44,668 nt of DNA from a virus (IMGVR_UViG_3300049032_000040:1-44668); one strand, 5' to 3'; counted from the first letter of the stretch, positions 24,388 through 31,980 are shown. Program-made: numbers and translations. Notes: a model not told the origin generated them from the sequence alone.

Positions 24388-24425
24388 GCCCCTCCGATCG
24401 TGTGACCGGAGGGGCTTTGTTGTCA
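24388..24425. terminator. Bidirectional rho-independent terminator
   Basis: GCCCCTCCG (24388..24396) pairs with CGGAGGGGC (24407..24415). It is flanked by AAAAA upstream and TTTGTTGT downstream. Confidence 0.65.
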
Positions 24426-24436
24426 GTGTTTTCTAG

Positions 24437-24505
24437 GGGTGGCGAGTGAGGGATTCGAACCCCCGAATGCTGAGCAGTCTGATATGCCGTACGCACTACG
24501 GGGGT
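24437..24505 (-). other. Probable attP core: 3' portion of a tRNA gene (T-arm plus acceptor), not a complete tRNA
   Basis: On the minus strand GGGGG-TTCGAAT-CCCTC, then ACTCGCC, A, CC (24464..24438). No cloverleaf can be completed upstream. Lies about 1 kb downstream of int and is flanked by the 22-bp direct repeats. Confidence 0.5.
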
Positions 24506-24574
24506 CTAATCTTGCCTACTTTTCCGCGTGTTTCCGGGGAAGAGTAGTCCTGGGTAGTGTGACGTAGCTCACGA

Positions 24575-24596
24575 AAACAGCCACTAAACCGCCACC
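24575..24596 (+). repeat. 22-bp direct repeat, copy 2 (one mismatch to copy 1)
   Basis: AAACAGCCACTAAACCGCCACC. Confidence 0.8.
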
Positions 24597-24612
24597 AGAT
24601 ACCTATGGCGCG

Positions 24613-24635
24613 GGTGTATGTACACCTGGTAAACT
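24613..24635 (+). promoter_or_regulatory. Promoter with palindromic operator (site E) driving a leaderless start
   Basis: GGTGTATGTACACC (24613..24626). Extended -10 TGGTAAACT (24627..24635). Six nt later, the ATG at 24642. Confidence 0.55.
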
Positions 24636-24641
24636 CGAAGC

Positions 24642-25040
24642 ATGACGAAGAAAGACATGCGCGCAATCGCCAAGTGCCTGGCAGGCGAGGACCGCGAGGC
24701 CAAAGCCGCCCTGGTACACCGTCGCCGAGAGGCGGGGTTGAAGCAGTCGGACATCGATGAGGCGTTAGGGGTGCCGGATGGGTGGACCCACGACATTGAG
24801 GCCTACGATTCCGACCCCTCGCTCTCCGACATGCGCAGGTACGAAGCCTACGTCACATACATTGAAGGATGCCGCGACTTCAACCCCGCCGAGGAAGTAG
24901 ACGAGCGGGAAGCGATCTTTGAAGAGTGGGCAGACGAGTTTCGCGACAGTGACGAGTACCGCGAGTACAACACAATCTTCCCTGGAACCGCTTTCATGGC
25001 CGGGTGGGATGCCGCACTCGGGGCGATCAATCATGAGTGA
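24642..25040 (+). CDS. HTH (XRE-like) regulator with an acidic C-terminal domain (132 aa)
   Basis: HTH-like segment LKQSDIDEALGVPDGWTHDIE. Leaderless context. Confidence 0.6.
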   Translation: MTKKDMRAIAKCLAGEDREAKAALVHRRREAGLKQSDIDEALGVPDGWTHDIEAYDSDPSLSDMRRYEAYVTYIEGCRDFNPAEEVDEREAIFEEWADEFRDSDEYREYNTIFPGTAFMAGWDAALGAINHE

Positions 25041-25224
25041 TGATGAACGCGCGGCTTGCCCGTGGTGCGGGAAGCTGACGTATAACTTTCTTCACTCATG
25101 CCCGCTCCGAACCACCTGCACGCGGTGTGATGGCTTCGAAGAGGAGGCGTCGGACACCTGCACCTGCTGGTGTCACCCACGCGGACCCTTCGAGCCCTGG
25201 CCATCAACTATCGGCGGTGCGTGA
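25033..25224 (+). CDS. Small zinc-finger protein (63 aa)
   Basis: MSDDERAACPWCGKLTYNFLHSCPLRTTCTRCDG...CTCWCH. The ATG overlaps the upstream stop by 8 nt. Confidence 0.5.
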   Translation: MSDDERAACPWCGKLTYNFLHSCPLRTTCTRCDGFEEEASDTCTCWCHPRGPFEPWPSTIGGA

Positions 25225-25382
25225 TGGTCACCATTGTTGACCCGACGAATGAGAACGTAGCGATCGTGGATGGCGAGATTGGACATGCTCTCCGAGTGGC
25301 GAAGGTCGCCGATCCGACGCGCCCCACGGTTGCCGAACTAGCGGGCGGCAAGATCATCGGATACGGCAACTTCACCTCTTGA
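25224..25382 (+). CDS. Hypothetical small protein (52 aa)
   Basis: The ATG at 25224 shares 1 nt with the upstream TGA. Confidence 0.4.
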   Translation: MVTIVDPTNENVAIVDGEIGHALRVAKVADPTRPTVAELAGGKIIGYGNFTS

Positions 25383-25418
25383 CAGGTGTACATACACCCG
25401 ATACCGTGTATGTACACC
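25379..25418 (+). promoter_or_regulatory. Consensus-like promoter with two palindromic operators (sites C and D)
   Basis: TTGACA (25379..25384), a 17-nt spacer, TACCGT (25402..25407). GGTGTACATACACC (25385..25398) fills the spacer. CGTGTATGTACACC (25405..25418) covers the -10 and the start site. AAGGAGG and the ATG at 25436 follow. Confidence 0.6.
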
Positions 25419-25435
25419 CACCAAGGAGGGGCACC

Positions 25436-25588
25436 ATGAACGTTCAGATGACAATCAACGCAGCAACCGAACCCGTACACGAACACCACCGGTTGCCCCG
25501 TATCCTCACGAAAACGTTCTGGGTACAGTCAGACCCGAACCCCGAATACTCCCGACTCGACCACCTCGACGGACTAGGAACACGATGA
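25436..25588 (+). CDS. Hypothetical small protein (50 aa)
   Basis: The ATG at 25436 lies 6 nt after AAGGAGG. Confidence 0.45.
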   Translation: MNVQMTINAATEPVHEHHRLPRILTKTFWVQSDPNPEYSRLDHLDGLGTR

Positions 25589-25881
25589 GTAACACGGCTT
25601 ACCGAGCTGAAGCTGCGAAGCGACGGGACGCGGCACGAATGAGCAAGTCGGAACTGTCCGAGCTGTCCGACATGCTCAAGAAGGCGGCGCGCAGCCTGGA
25701 TGATGCCCTCAAGTACGAGTCGGCATCCGCGAAGCATCCGACTGCACTGCGACACGAAGAAGAAGCCAGCGACCGCATCGACGCCGCGATCATGTACTTC
25801 GCCGCGATCCGATCTCGGGCGATCCCCGGACCCACCATGCGTGCGGATGGAAGCATCTACGACGCGATGGACGGTGCATGA
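25585..25881 (+). CDS. Hypothetical helical protein (98 aa)
   Basis: ATGA-coupled at both ends. Ends ...AMDGA in the junction motif. Confidence 0.55.
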   Translation: MSNTAYRAEAAKRRDAARMSKSELSELSDMLKKAARSLDDALKYESASAKHPTALRHEEEASDRIDAAIMYFAAIRSRAIPGPTMRADGSIYDAMDGA

Positions 25882-26039
25882 TGCCGAAGAACGAAGCGCT
25901 GCACCGCGATCACTCCCACGCGATTGTCACAGAGTCGTACAAGCTGAGGAATGTTGATCGCGTTGCTACTCACGAACTTCTCCGCTGCTTGAATGACGGT
26001 TGGTTCGGATGGGTTGCGAAGATCAAGGACGGTGCATGA
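25878..26039 (+). CDS. Hypothetical small protein (53 aa), starts MMP
   Basis: MMPKNEALHRDHSHAIVTESYKLRNVDRVATHELLRCLNDGWFGWVAKIKDGA. Junction motif at both ends. Not in the ORF track. Confidence 0.45.
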   Translation: MMPKNEALHRDHSHAIVTESYKLRNVDRVATHELLRCLNDGWFGWVAKIKDGA

Positions 26040-26350
26040 TGGGAAACGTGGCGAATCAACCGAAGACCCCCCACCGCACCATCCGTGTCTCACACGACAT
26101 CTGGAACGCGGCACAAGAGAAAGCCAAAACTGAGGGCCGCACACTGTCCGAACTGATCCGCGAATTCCTCACCGACTACGTAGACGGACGCGACGCCACA
26201 CGGATCGAACGCATCGAAACCATCCTCGACGGCATCGACCGTGTAGAAGACGGAACCGGTACAGGCTGGTGGGCAACAAGCGTCGGCGCAGAATTCGGGA
26301 CCGAGAAGCTTGCACAAATCCGAGACGCCATCACCGGCCACACCGACTAG
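26036..26350 (+). CDS. Ribbon-helix-helix protein, paralog of 22194..22340 (104 aa)
   Basis: MMGNVANQPKTPHRTIRVSHDIWNAAQEKAKTEGRTLSELIREFLTDY aligns with the int-proximal RHH, with about half the residues identical over about 33 aa by eye. Confidence 0.6.
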   Translation: MMGNVANQPKTPHRTIRVSHDIWNAAQEKAKTEGRTLSELIREFLTDYVDGRDATRIERIETILDGIDRVEDGTGTGWWATSVGAEFGTEKLAQIRDAITGHTD

Positions 26351-26373
26351 CGCGACTCCCCACGCGCTCCCCG

Positions 26374-26412
26374 GAGTGCGGCACCGTGTATCCCCACACT
26401 GGTGCCGCACTC
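26374..26412 (+). promoter_or_regulatory. Strong stem-loop inside the plus-strand operon (attenuator or processing signal)
   Basis: GAGTGCGGCACC (26374..26385) pairs with GGTGCCGCACTC (26401..26412), and an inner GTGT pairs with ACAC. No T-tract follows. Confidence 0.5.
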
Positions 26413-26456
26413 GCCCCTCCCACCACAGGACTACCACACCAAGGAGAAAAACCATC

Positions 26457-26555
26457 ATGGATGCCATGAACTATGACGACGTGGACCCGATGCCCGTTGG
26501 ACTCATCGACCGGATGCTCAACGCCGTACACGCCGAGATGGGAGACGCGGAATGA
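26457..26555 (+). CDS. Hypothetical mini-protein (32 aa)
   Basis: AAGGAGAAAAACCATC precedes the ATG at 26457. MDAMNYDDVDPMPVGLIDRMLNAVHAEMGDAE. Confidence 0.35.
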   Translation: MDAMNYDDVDPMPVGLIDRMLNAVHAEMGDAE

Positions 26556-26695
26556 TCGCCTCGGATGCTCAGACGCTAGCCGCGCTCAACGCCTACGACG
26601 ACCGCTTTGCCACGGACTACATCGACGATTACTCACCGGAGCACATCGCGGACATGCGCAGGGCTGTCACCGCGGCCCTTTCCGCCCAGCAGTAA
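26552..26695 (+). CDS. Hypothetical mini-protein (47 aa)
   Basis: ATGA overlap with the previous stop. MIASDAQTLAALNAYDDRFATDYIDDYSPEHIADMRRAV... Confidence 0.35.
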   Translation: MIASDAQTLAALNAYDDRFATDYIDDYSPEHIADMRRAVTAALSAQQ

Positions 26696-26717
26696 CCACC
26701 AAACGAAAGAAGAACAC

Positions 26718-26810
26718 ATGCCGTTCAGCCGCACCAACGACCGCACCAAGAGCAACCTCTCCATCGTCCCCAACTGGATCACCACACTCATCGCCCTCTT
26801 CCGAGGCTGA
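26718..26810 (+). CDS. Possible mini-protein with a hydrophobic C-terminus (30 aa)
   Basis: MPFSRTNDRTKSNLSIVPNWITTLIALFRG. Weak SD. Confidence 0.2.
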   Translation: MPFSRTNDRTKSNLSIVPNWITTLIALFRG

Positions 26811-26820
26811 GCACACACAC

Positions 26821-26865
26821 AAAAGAAGCCCCCTACCTGTTTTGGGTAGGGGGCTTCTTCGTTTC
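26821..26865. terminator. Bidirectional rho-independent terminator between the convergent plus and minus blocks
   Basis: Perfect 14-bp stem: AGAAGCCCCCTACC (26824..26837) pairs with GGTAGGGGGCTTCT (26845..26858). T-rich sequence follows the stem on both strands. Confidence 0.8.
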
Positions 26866-26869
26866 ACGG

Positions 26870-27907
26870 TCACACCCAGACACCACCAACACGAACACCC
26901 GTGTTGATCGGCACCCACGCGCCACCAGTTCGATACCACTCGTTATGAGGCAGCACGGTCACAGTCACCGTGTCCGCTGTAGACGTAGCGCCAAGATTGT
27001 CCGTCACGACCAGCGTAAACGTCAACGTGTCACCAGCCATGAGAGCCGGTGCCGTGAACGTACGGGTCGTTCCAGTACCACTGAGGGTCACCGTGGTTCC
27101 CCCAGTTTGCGTCCACGCGTACGAAGCGATCGTCCCATCCGAGTCCGTACCCGAACCCGTCAGAGTGACAGTCGTGTACGGTTCAACATCAACCTGATCC
27201 GTCCCAGCGTTCGCGGTCGGTGCAGCATTCGAGGCGACGCCTTGATGCAGGTTCGCGAGGAAGATGACACCCGCACCATTCGCACCAGTCGTCGTCGCAC
27301 TGAACGACACGGCACCAGTTGCACCAGTCGTTACCGTCGCGTCACGTTGCGAATAAGCCAACGTGTTCGTTGATGCTCGAGCCGACAGTCGCGAAGATTC
27401 CACGACCGTCGCACCCACCTGCGTCAGACCGATGGCCGTGAAGCTCGCACTATACGAAGCTGTCGGCGCCTTCGATGTCACGAAGGCAACCAGCGTGTCC
27501 TCACCACTCACCGTCGTCCACGACGAACTAGCCGCCGTGAACGCTGTAGAAGACGTGTCCGTATCCGACGTGAGAACATAGTTCGCAATGTCGAGTGTCT
27601 TCCCCGACTCGGGACGATACGCGGTCACCCACGCAAGCCCCTTCGTTCCCGCCGTCGTACCAAACGTCACGTTCCCCGACTCGGCCCCCGTTGACGTGCG
27701 CTTCCACACGCGCATCGACATGCCGCCGCCCGTGTGTACTGCACCAACCGCAGTCCACCCGGCAGCAAGATCAGAGATAGTCGACACATCCGAACTCGCA
27801 AACGCAAGCAGCAGATCACCCGACGCGTGACCGGTCGGATACGGTGCAGCCGCAGCAGTCGCCAAAGCCTGAGCCGCACCAAACGCGACAAATGCGGGTG
27901 CAACCAT
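26870..27907 (-). CDS. Structural or adhesin-like protein with a PKD/Ig-like domain
   Basis: C-terminal APTANAGTDQVDVEPYTTVTLTGSGTDSDGTIASYAWTQTGG...FTLVVTDNLGATSTADTVTVTV matches the PKD-type repeat pattern. Last gene of the late operon. Confidence 0.6.
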   Translation of the reverse strand: MVAPAFVAFGAAQALATAAAAPYPTGHASGDLLLAFASSDVSTISDLAAGWTAVGAVHTGGGMSMRVWKRTSTGAESGNVTFGTTAGTKGLAWVTAYRPESGKTLDIANYVLTSDTDTSSTAFTAASSSWTTVSGEDTLVAFVTSKAPTASYSASFTAIGLTQVGATVVESSRLSARASTNTLAYSQRDATVTTGATGAVSFSATTTGANGAGVIFLANLHQGVASNAAPTANAGTDQVDVEPYTTVTLTGSGTDSDGTIASYAWTQTGGTTVTLSGTGTTRTFTAPALMAGDTLTFTLVVTDNLGATSTADTVTVTVLPHNEWYRTGGAWVPINTGVRVGGVWV

Positions 27908-29139
27908 CAGACCACCGCCAACGACTGGTCAGGATTCGCGAACGTGTACGCACCCGTACCCGCAGTCGCCGTCGTCGAAATACGAGGACGACCAGTCCAC
28001 GTCCCCGTCTCCGCAGTACGACGAGTCACCTGAGCAACGAGTCGCCCACCGTTATGGTCGATCGCGTTCGCCGTGCCCATGTTCGCCCCATAGAACTGCA
28101 CCCCATACAGGCCAACCTCCGTGGATGCCTGCCCGGTCGTGTTGCCATTGATCTGCAACAGGCCATCCTCAGACGCATCCGGGTTGTCCATCCCCTGACC
28201 GATCTTTGTCCCGTAGAAGTTCCACGAACCACCATTGATGCGAACCTGCGCACCGGGGCCAGGACCAGCAAGCAGACCATTCACCCGCGTCGACTTGAAC
28301 CCCTCAATGACACCGCCATACCAGTCAACAGACGAGTTCCCGGTACCGAGGACACCACGCCAACCGTTCATCGTCGAGATGTACACCTTGCCGCTCACCG
28401 TCAGCTCGTTCGTGTCAATCTTGATGAACCACCGGTTGATGTCACCCGTCTGAGCCGACGACTGCGACACACCAATGTTCATCATTGCCGGGGCCAGATG
28501 ATTGTCCGAACCGCCCCAGTTGATGCACGTATCCCAACAGTTGTTGATCGTCCAGTTGCCCGTCACGGCCATCTGAGTCGACAGGAACTTACGATCCGAC
28601 CGGCCCAGCACACCCCGCATGAAGTTGAACGACAACGAATGCATCGCGGCCGGGTACATGGAACCGCCCGAAGCGAAGTCAATGAACTGGTGGGTGCTCG
28701 CGCCCTGAGAACCCTGCACCTGGAAGTTCGCAAACCATGCGTCATGCACGTCACTGCCGGGACTGTTCCACCACGACGACGTACCCGACGAAATCGACCC
28801 CCCTAGGGTGATCTCCGGGCCACCAAGCGAACCACTCGAAATGTCCGGGTTCTTCATCCCGTCATACCCCAACGCAACAACCTTCACCCCGTTGTACAGG
28901 GAACGAGGCGTCGTGAAAGAGATCGGACGCGACGGCAGAACAATCGCCGGCATGTTCCGATCCGTTGCTGCCTGCTGATCCGCAATCGCCGCGGTCAGCT
29001 TCTGATCATCCGTACCGTCATACTCATCCAGTCGGAAACCCTCAGCAGCCATCGCACGGATGTGCTTATCGACAGCGCCACCCCACGACGCCCACGACGC
29101 TCCCGTAGTCGGAAGGGTTGTGTCCCTGATACCAGCCAT
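27907..29139 (-). CDS. Beta-helix (pectate-lyase-fold-like) tailspike or depolymerase candidate
   Basis: 410 aa, rich in G/N/S/T, with periodic hydrophobic rungs and a W/N-rich segment (NWTINNCWDTCINWGG). The fold is assigned by eye only. Confidence 0.5.
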   Translation of the reverse strand: MAGIRDTTLPTTGASWASWGGAVDKHIRAMAAEGFRLDEYDGTDDQKLTAAIADQQAATDRNMPAIVLPSRPISFTTPRSLYNGVKVVALGYDGMKNPDISSGSLGGPEITLGGSISSGTSSWWNSPGSDVHDAWFANFQVQGSQGASTHQFIDFASGGSMYPAAMHSLSFNFMRGVLGRSDRKFLSTQMAVTGNWTINNCWDTCINWGGSDNHLAPAMMNIGVSQSSAQTGDINRWFIKIDTNELTVSGKVYISTMNGWRGVLGTGNSSVDWYGGVIEGFKSTRVNGLLAGPGPGAQVRINGGSWNFYGTKIGQGMDNPDASEDGLLQINGNTTGQASTEVGLYGVQFYGANMGTANAIDHNGGRLVAQVTRRTAETGTWTGRPRISTTATAGTGAYTFANPDQSLAVV

Positions 29140-29140
29140 G

Positions 29141-29257
29141 TCACTCCCCGAACGTCATACCGAAAGCAGAACCAAAACCGGCAGCGCCGATCGGTGTAAT
29201 GTCAGCGCGACCACGGCGCTTCCATAGGGCGGTGATCTTCACATAGATCGCAGCCAT
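29141..29257 (-). CDS. Hypothetical mini-protein (38 aa)
   Basis: MAAIYVKITALWKRRGRADITPIGAAGFGSAFGMTFGE. Fills the gap exactly: TGATG overlap upstream, and its stop lies 1 nt before the next ATG. Confidence 0.3.
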   Translation of the reverse strand: MAAIYVKITALWKRRGRADITPIGAAGFGSAFGMTFGE

Positions 29258-30525
29258 CAGGGAATCCGATGCCAGATGGTGCCGTCCGCGCCACCAGGAT
29301 CAGTGGACGACACGACAATGCCGAGAGCCGCACGTGCCGCAGTGATGTCCGCCGCGGTGAGCACAGAACGCCCAACCGTGGTCGAGTTGCTGATCTGGGA
29401 TGCGGTGAAAGACTTCGCAGAGTCCGCGGTGTTGTCAACGTTCCCCAGGCCCACATGCGTTTTCGTGATACCCGTGGGGGTGCCCGTGAACGCGGGGGAC
29501 GCGAGTGGCGCTTTTGCCGCAAGGGCCGTATCCAGACCGGTGACGTTTGCCGTCGTGTGGGTGTGGCTCGAGGCCGCTTTCCCATCCAACGCCGTCTGTG
29601 TCGCGGTGCTGATCGGCTTCGCAAGATCAGAAGTGTTGTCCACCGAACCGAGACCCACATGCGTCTTCGTCACACCCGAGACGGTGCCCGTGAACGTCGG
29701 AGAAGCAGTCGGTGCCTTCGCGTCGATGGCGGTCTGAAGACCGGTGACCGTCGAAATCGCCTGCGTGCCGGTGTGGTTCGCTCGAGACTTCAGGTTCGCA
29801 TCCGTGTCGTTCGCGGTCGCACCAGTAGAAACACCCGACAGCTTCGTCTTCTCCGTCAGCGTGTAGTACTTGACGGTCGTCGACTCGGCCAGATCAGCGA
29901 GAGTGGCATCCTCAGGAAGCCCCCCGCCCGTGACCTTCTCCCCCAGCGCATCCACCACGTCACCGTCAGCATCCAGTGCCGCAATGCCACCCGCAACACC
30001 CTTCATGTAGACAGGTGCGGGAACAGTAGGAGAACCCGGAGGCACCTCAACAGACCCCAGGTTGATGCCAGGGATCGTCGTACCAAGCTGAGACAGAAGC
30101 GGCTGGATCGCATACTCGCGACCACTCGCACCCGTCAGAGCTTCCTTGACCGTGACAGTCCAATCGCGCTGAGCAATATCAGGGTCGTCGGCGGCAGGGA
30201 AACCCGTGAAGATCGCAGCAGGAAGCACATACGTGTCCCACCACACATCCCACGCAGACCCATCAAACGCGACACCAAGCGCCACCTGATCTGCCGCACG
30301 CCAAGCCGTACGAACCGCAGCACGAACCGTCGCATCCTGCTGATCCGCCGCACCAATAGTCACCTGAACCTTCGCACCATCCGGGTAGATAGTGCGACCA
30401 TCCGTGCGAGTGATGCGCTGCGACAGTTTGAACTGCACATTGCCCTGCACGGGGGTGTCACCGGGCGCGGTCATGTACACGCCGTATACGGGGATCAGAT
30501 CCCACTGTCCAACCGGAGATGCCAT
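29257..30525 (-). CDS. Tail-fibre-like protein with repeated fibre motifs
   Basis: Two copies of ASP(T/A)FTGT..G(V/I)TKTHVGLG(S/N)VDNT(S/A)D. Located downstream of the holin. Confidence 0.6.
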   Translation of the reverse strand: MASPVGQWDLIPVYGVYMTAPGDTPVQGNVQFKLSQRITRTDGRTIYPDGAKVQVTIGAADQQDATVRAAVRTAWRAADQVALGVAFDGSAWDVWWDTYVLPAAIFTGFPAADDPDIAQRDWTVTVKEALTGASGREYAIQPLLSQLGTTIPGINLGSVEVPPGSPTVPAPVYMKGVAGGIAALDADGDVVDALGEKVTGGGLPEDATLADLAESTTVKYYTLTEKTKLSGVSTGATANDTDANLKSRANHTGTQAISTVTGLQTAIDAKAPTASPTFTGTVSGVTKTHVGLGSVDNTSDLAKPISTATQTALDGKAASSHTHTTANVTGLDTALAAKAPLASPAFTGTPTGITKTHVGLGNVDNTADSAKSFTASQISNSTTVGRSVLTAADITAARAALGIVVSSTDPGGADGTIWHRIP

Positions 30526-30530
30526 AGGGG

Positions 30531-30743
30531 TTAGTCCTCTTCGCTAGGGGTACCGCGGAATGCGATGGACGAGAGAACAGACACAGCGCCGGCCAGGCCG
30601 GCAACCGAAACGATCTGACCCCAGTCGACATCCAGCAGCCCGGTGACGTTCGCGGTCAGGACCGCAACAGCAGCCTGAGCGACCGTCGAAACTGCGCGGT
30701 CGAACGTGTCGACCCAGAACTCTTTGCTTGCGTACTTGCTCAT
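30531..30743 (-). CDS. Holin (phage r1t-like, two TM)
   Basis: 70 aa. KEFWVDTFDRAVSTVAQAAVAVL... plus a second TM segment IVSVAGLAGAVSVLSSIAF and an acidic C-terminus. Confidence 0.7.
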   Translation of the reverse strand: MSKYASKEFWVDTFDRAVSTVAQAAVAVLTANVTGLLDVDWGQIVSVAGLAGAVSVLSSIAFRGTPSEED

Positions 30744-31090
30744 TCTTTTGTCTCCAAATGCTCATCAAACTTGCGCTCGAGCTTCTTCACGGCGTCCTTC
30801 AAACTCGACCCGTGATTCGTCGTCACCTCGTGCTGAACGACCGCCAACGCCGCCGACTGCTTAGCGAGAGACACTGACTGTTCGTCCTGCTTCTCCTCCA
30901 CCACGGACAGGCGCTCCATCAGCCCTGGACGTGCAGGAACCCCCGCGCGTGCAGGCTCGCCGGCAACGTCATCAACGAAATGGTTGATCTTCCGCAGAAA
31001 CGGGAACACCTTCACCCCCACCCAGACCAGCACGCCGATAGCGGCCAACCAGGGTGTTACAGGGATCAGGTCGATAATCCACGCGGGCAT
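30740..31090 (-). CDS. Membrane protein of the lysis cassette (N-terminal TM plus coiled coil; holin or accessory)
   Basis: WIIDLIPVTPWLAAIGVLVWVGVKVFPFL followed by a helical, charged tail. Lies between the endolysin and the holin. Confidence 0.55.
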   Translation of the reverse strand: MPAWIIDLIPVTPWLAAIGVLVWVGVKVFPFLRKINHFVDDVAGEPARAGVPARPGLMERLSVVEEKQDEQSVSLAKQSAALAVVQHEVTTNHGSSLKDAVKKLERKFDEHLETKE

Positions 31091-31980
31091 CAGCTCGAGA
31101 GTCGTTTCGCGGCGTCGTCGTTCACGGCCTTCGCGATCGCGGTGTAATCGACCTTCGCGGTCGGTGTGCCGGTGGCCTCCACGACCGCATCTGCGATCGC
31201 CCTGACCTGCTCCTCGGTGATGCCACCCGACTGTGCAGCAGCGTTCGTCGACGCGAGGAACCCGGACGCGGGGAACTGCACGGGCTTTCCACCCGAGACC
31301 GCAGCGCCCCCCTTACCGTCCTGCGCCGTGACCAGGTGCCCCCACACGTTCTGCGGGATGACCTTGATCAGCGCAGAAACGCCCTTCTCGAGAAGGTCGA
31401 TACGCTCCCACAGCGTGGGTCCGAGCTGGCCGTTCGCGCCGAAGCCTCCAGGCCGCGCCTCGTACTGCAGAGCACGCTGCACGCTGTAGCGGATGTTCTT
31501 CAGGTCTTCCTCATTGAGGGGCATGTCGTCCTCCGTGGTTGATCCGCCCGCAGTTGAGCCGAGACGGTTAGCGATGAAAGGCACAGGATCTACCTGTCCA
31601 GTGTTCGAGTAGTGCACGTTGCCGGGGGTGACCTCGAAGTGAAGGTGGTCGTCGCTCGCGGTTCCGGTCTGCCCCATGATGCAGAGCGGGTCACCCTCAC
31701 GAACCCACTGCCCGACCTTCACCAGCAGAGACGCGGCATGCAGCGACTTGGTGAAGAACCCGTCGTGCTGCACCCACACCTGAATGCCACCACCAGACCA
31801 ACCACCCGGTGTCCCAGCAACCTTCACCTGACCCGACTCGACCGCCCGGATGATCGTGAACGTGTGCGAGAAGTCAGTCCCCTTGTGGTTCTTCGACGCG
31901 TTCGGAACGTTGATGTTCCGTGGGCCGAACGGGGACGACACGTACGGTTTCGATGTTGAACCGTTAGGCCAAACAGTCAT
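31090..31980 (-). CDS. Endolysin, M23 (LytM-type) peptidase with a C-terminal domain
   Basis: Motifs HKGTDF and DDHLHFEV, a G/S/T linker, then a C-terminal domain of about 150 aa. Confidence 0.8.
   Translation of the reverse strand: MTVWPNGSTSKPYVSSPFGPRNINVPNASKNHKGTDFSHTFTIIRAVESGQVKVAGTPGGWSGGGIQVWVQHDGFFTKSLHAASLLVKVGQWVREGDPLCIMGQTGTASDDHLHFEVTPGNVHYSNTGQVDPVPFIANRLGSTAGGSTTEDDMPLNEEDLKNIRYSVQRALQYEARPGGFGANGQLGPTLWERIDLLEKGVSALIKVIPQNVWGHLVTAQDGKGGAAVSGGKPVQFPASGFLASTNAAAQSGGITEEQVRAIADAVVEATGTPTAKVDYTAIAKAVNDDAAKRLSS

Noticed and set aside
24437-24516. A complete tRNA gene at the T-arm-containing sequence
   Set aside because: A 77-nt window ending at the acceptor can be drawn. However, the 5' acceptor strand (GGCAAGA) mismatches at two positions, and no D-arm or anticodon arm can be folded. 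It is interpreted as a 3' tRNA fragment (attP core).
26870-30525. Diversity-generating retroelement (TR/VR pair) around the fibre and PKD genes
   Set aside because: There is no reverse transcriptase anywhere in the genome. The only internal repeats in 29257-30525 are in-frame protein repeats with ordinary divergence, not adenine-specific differences.
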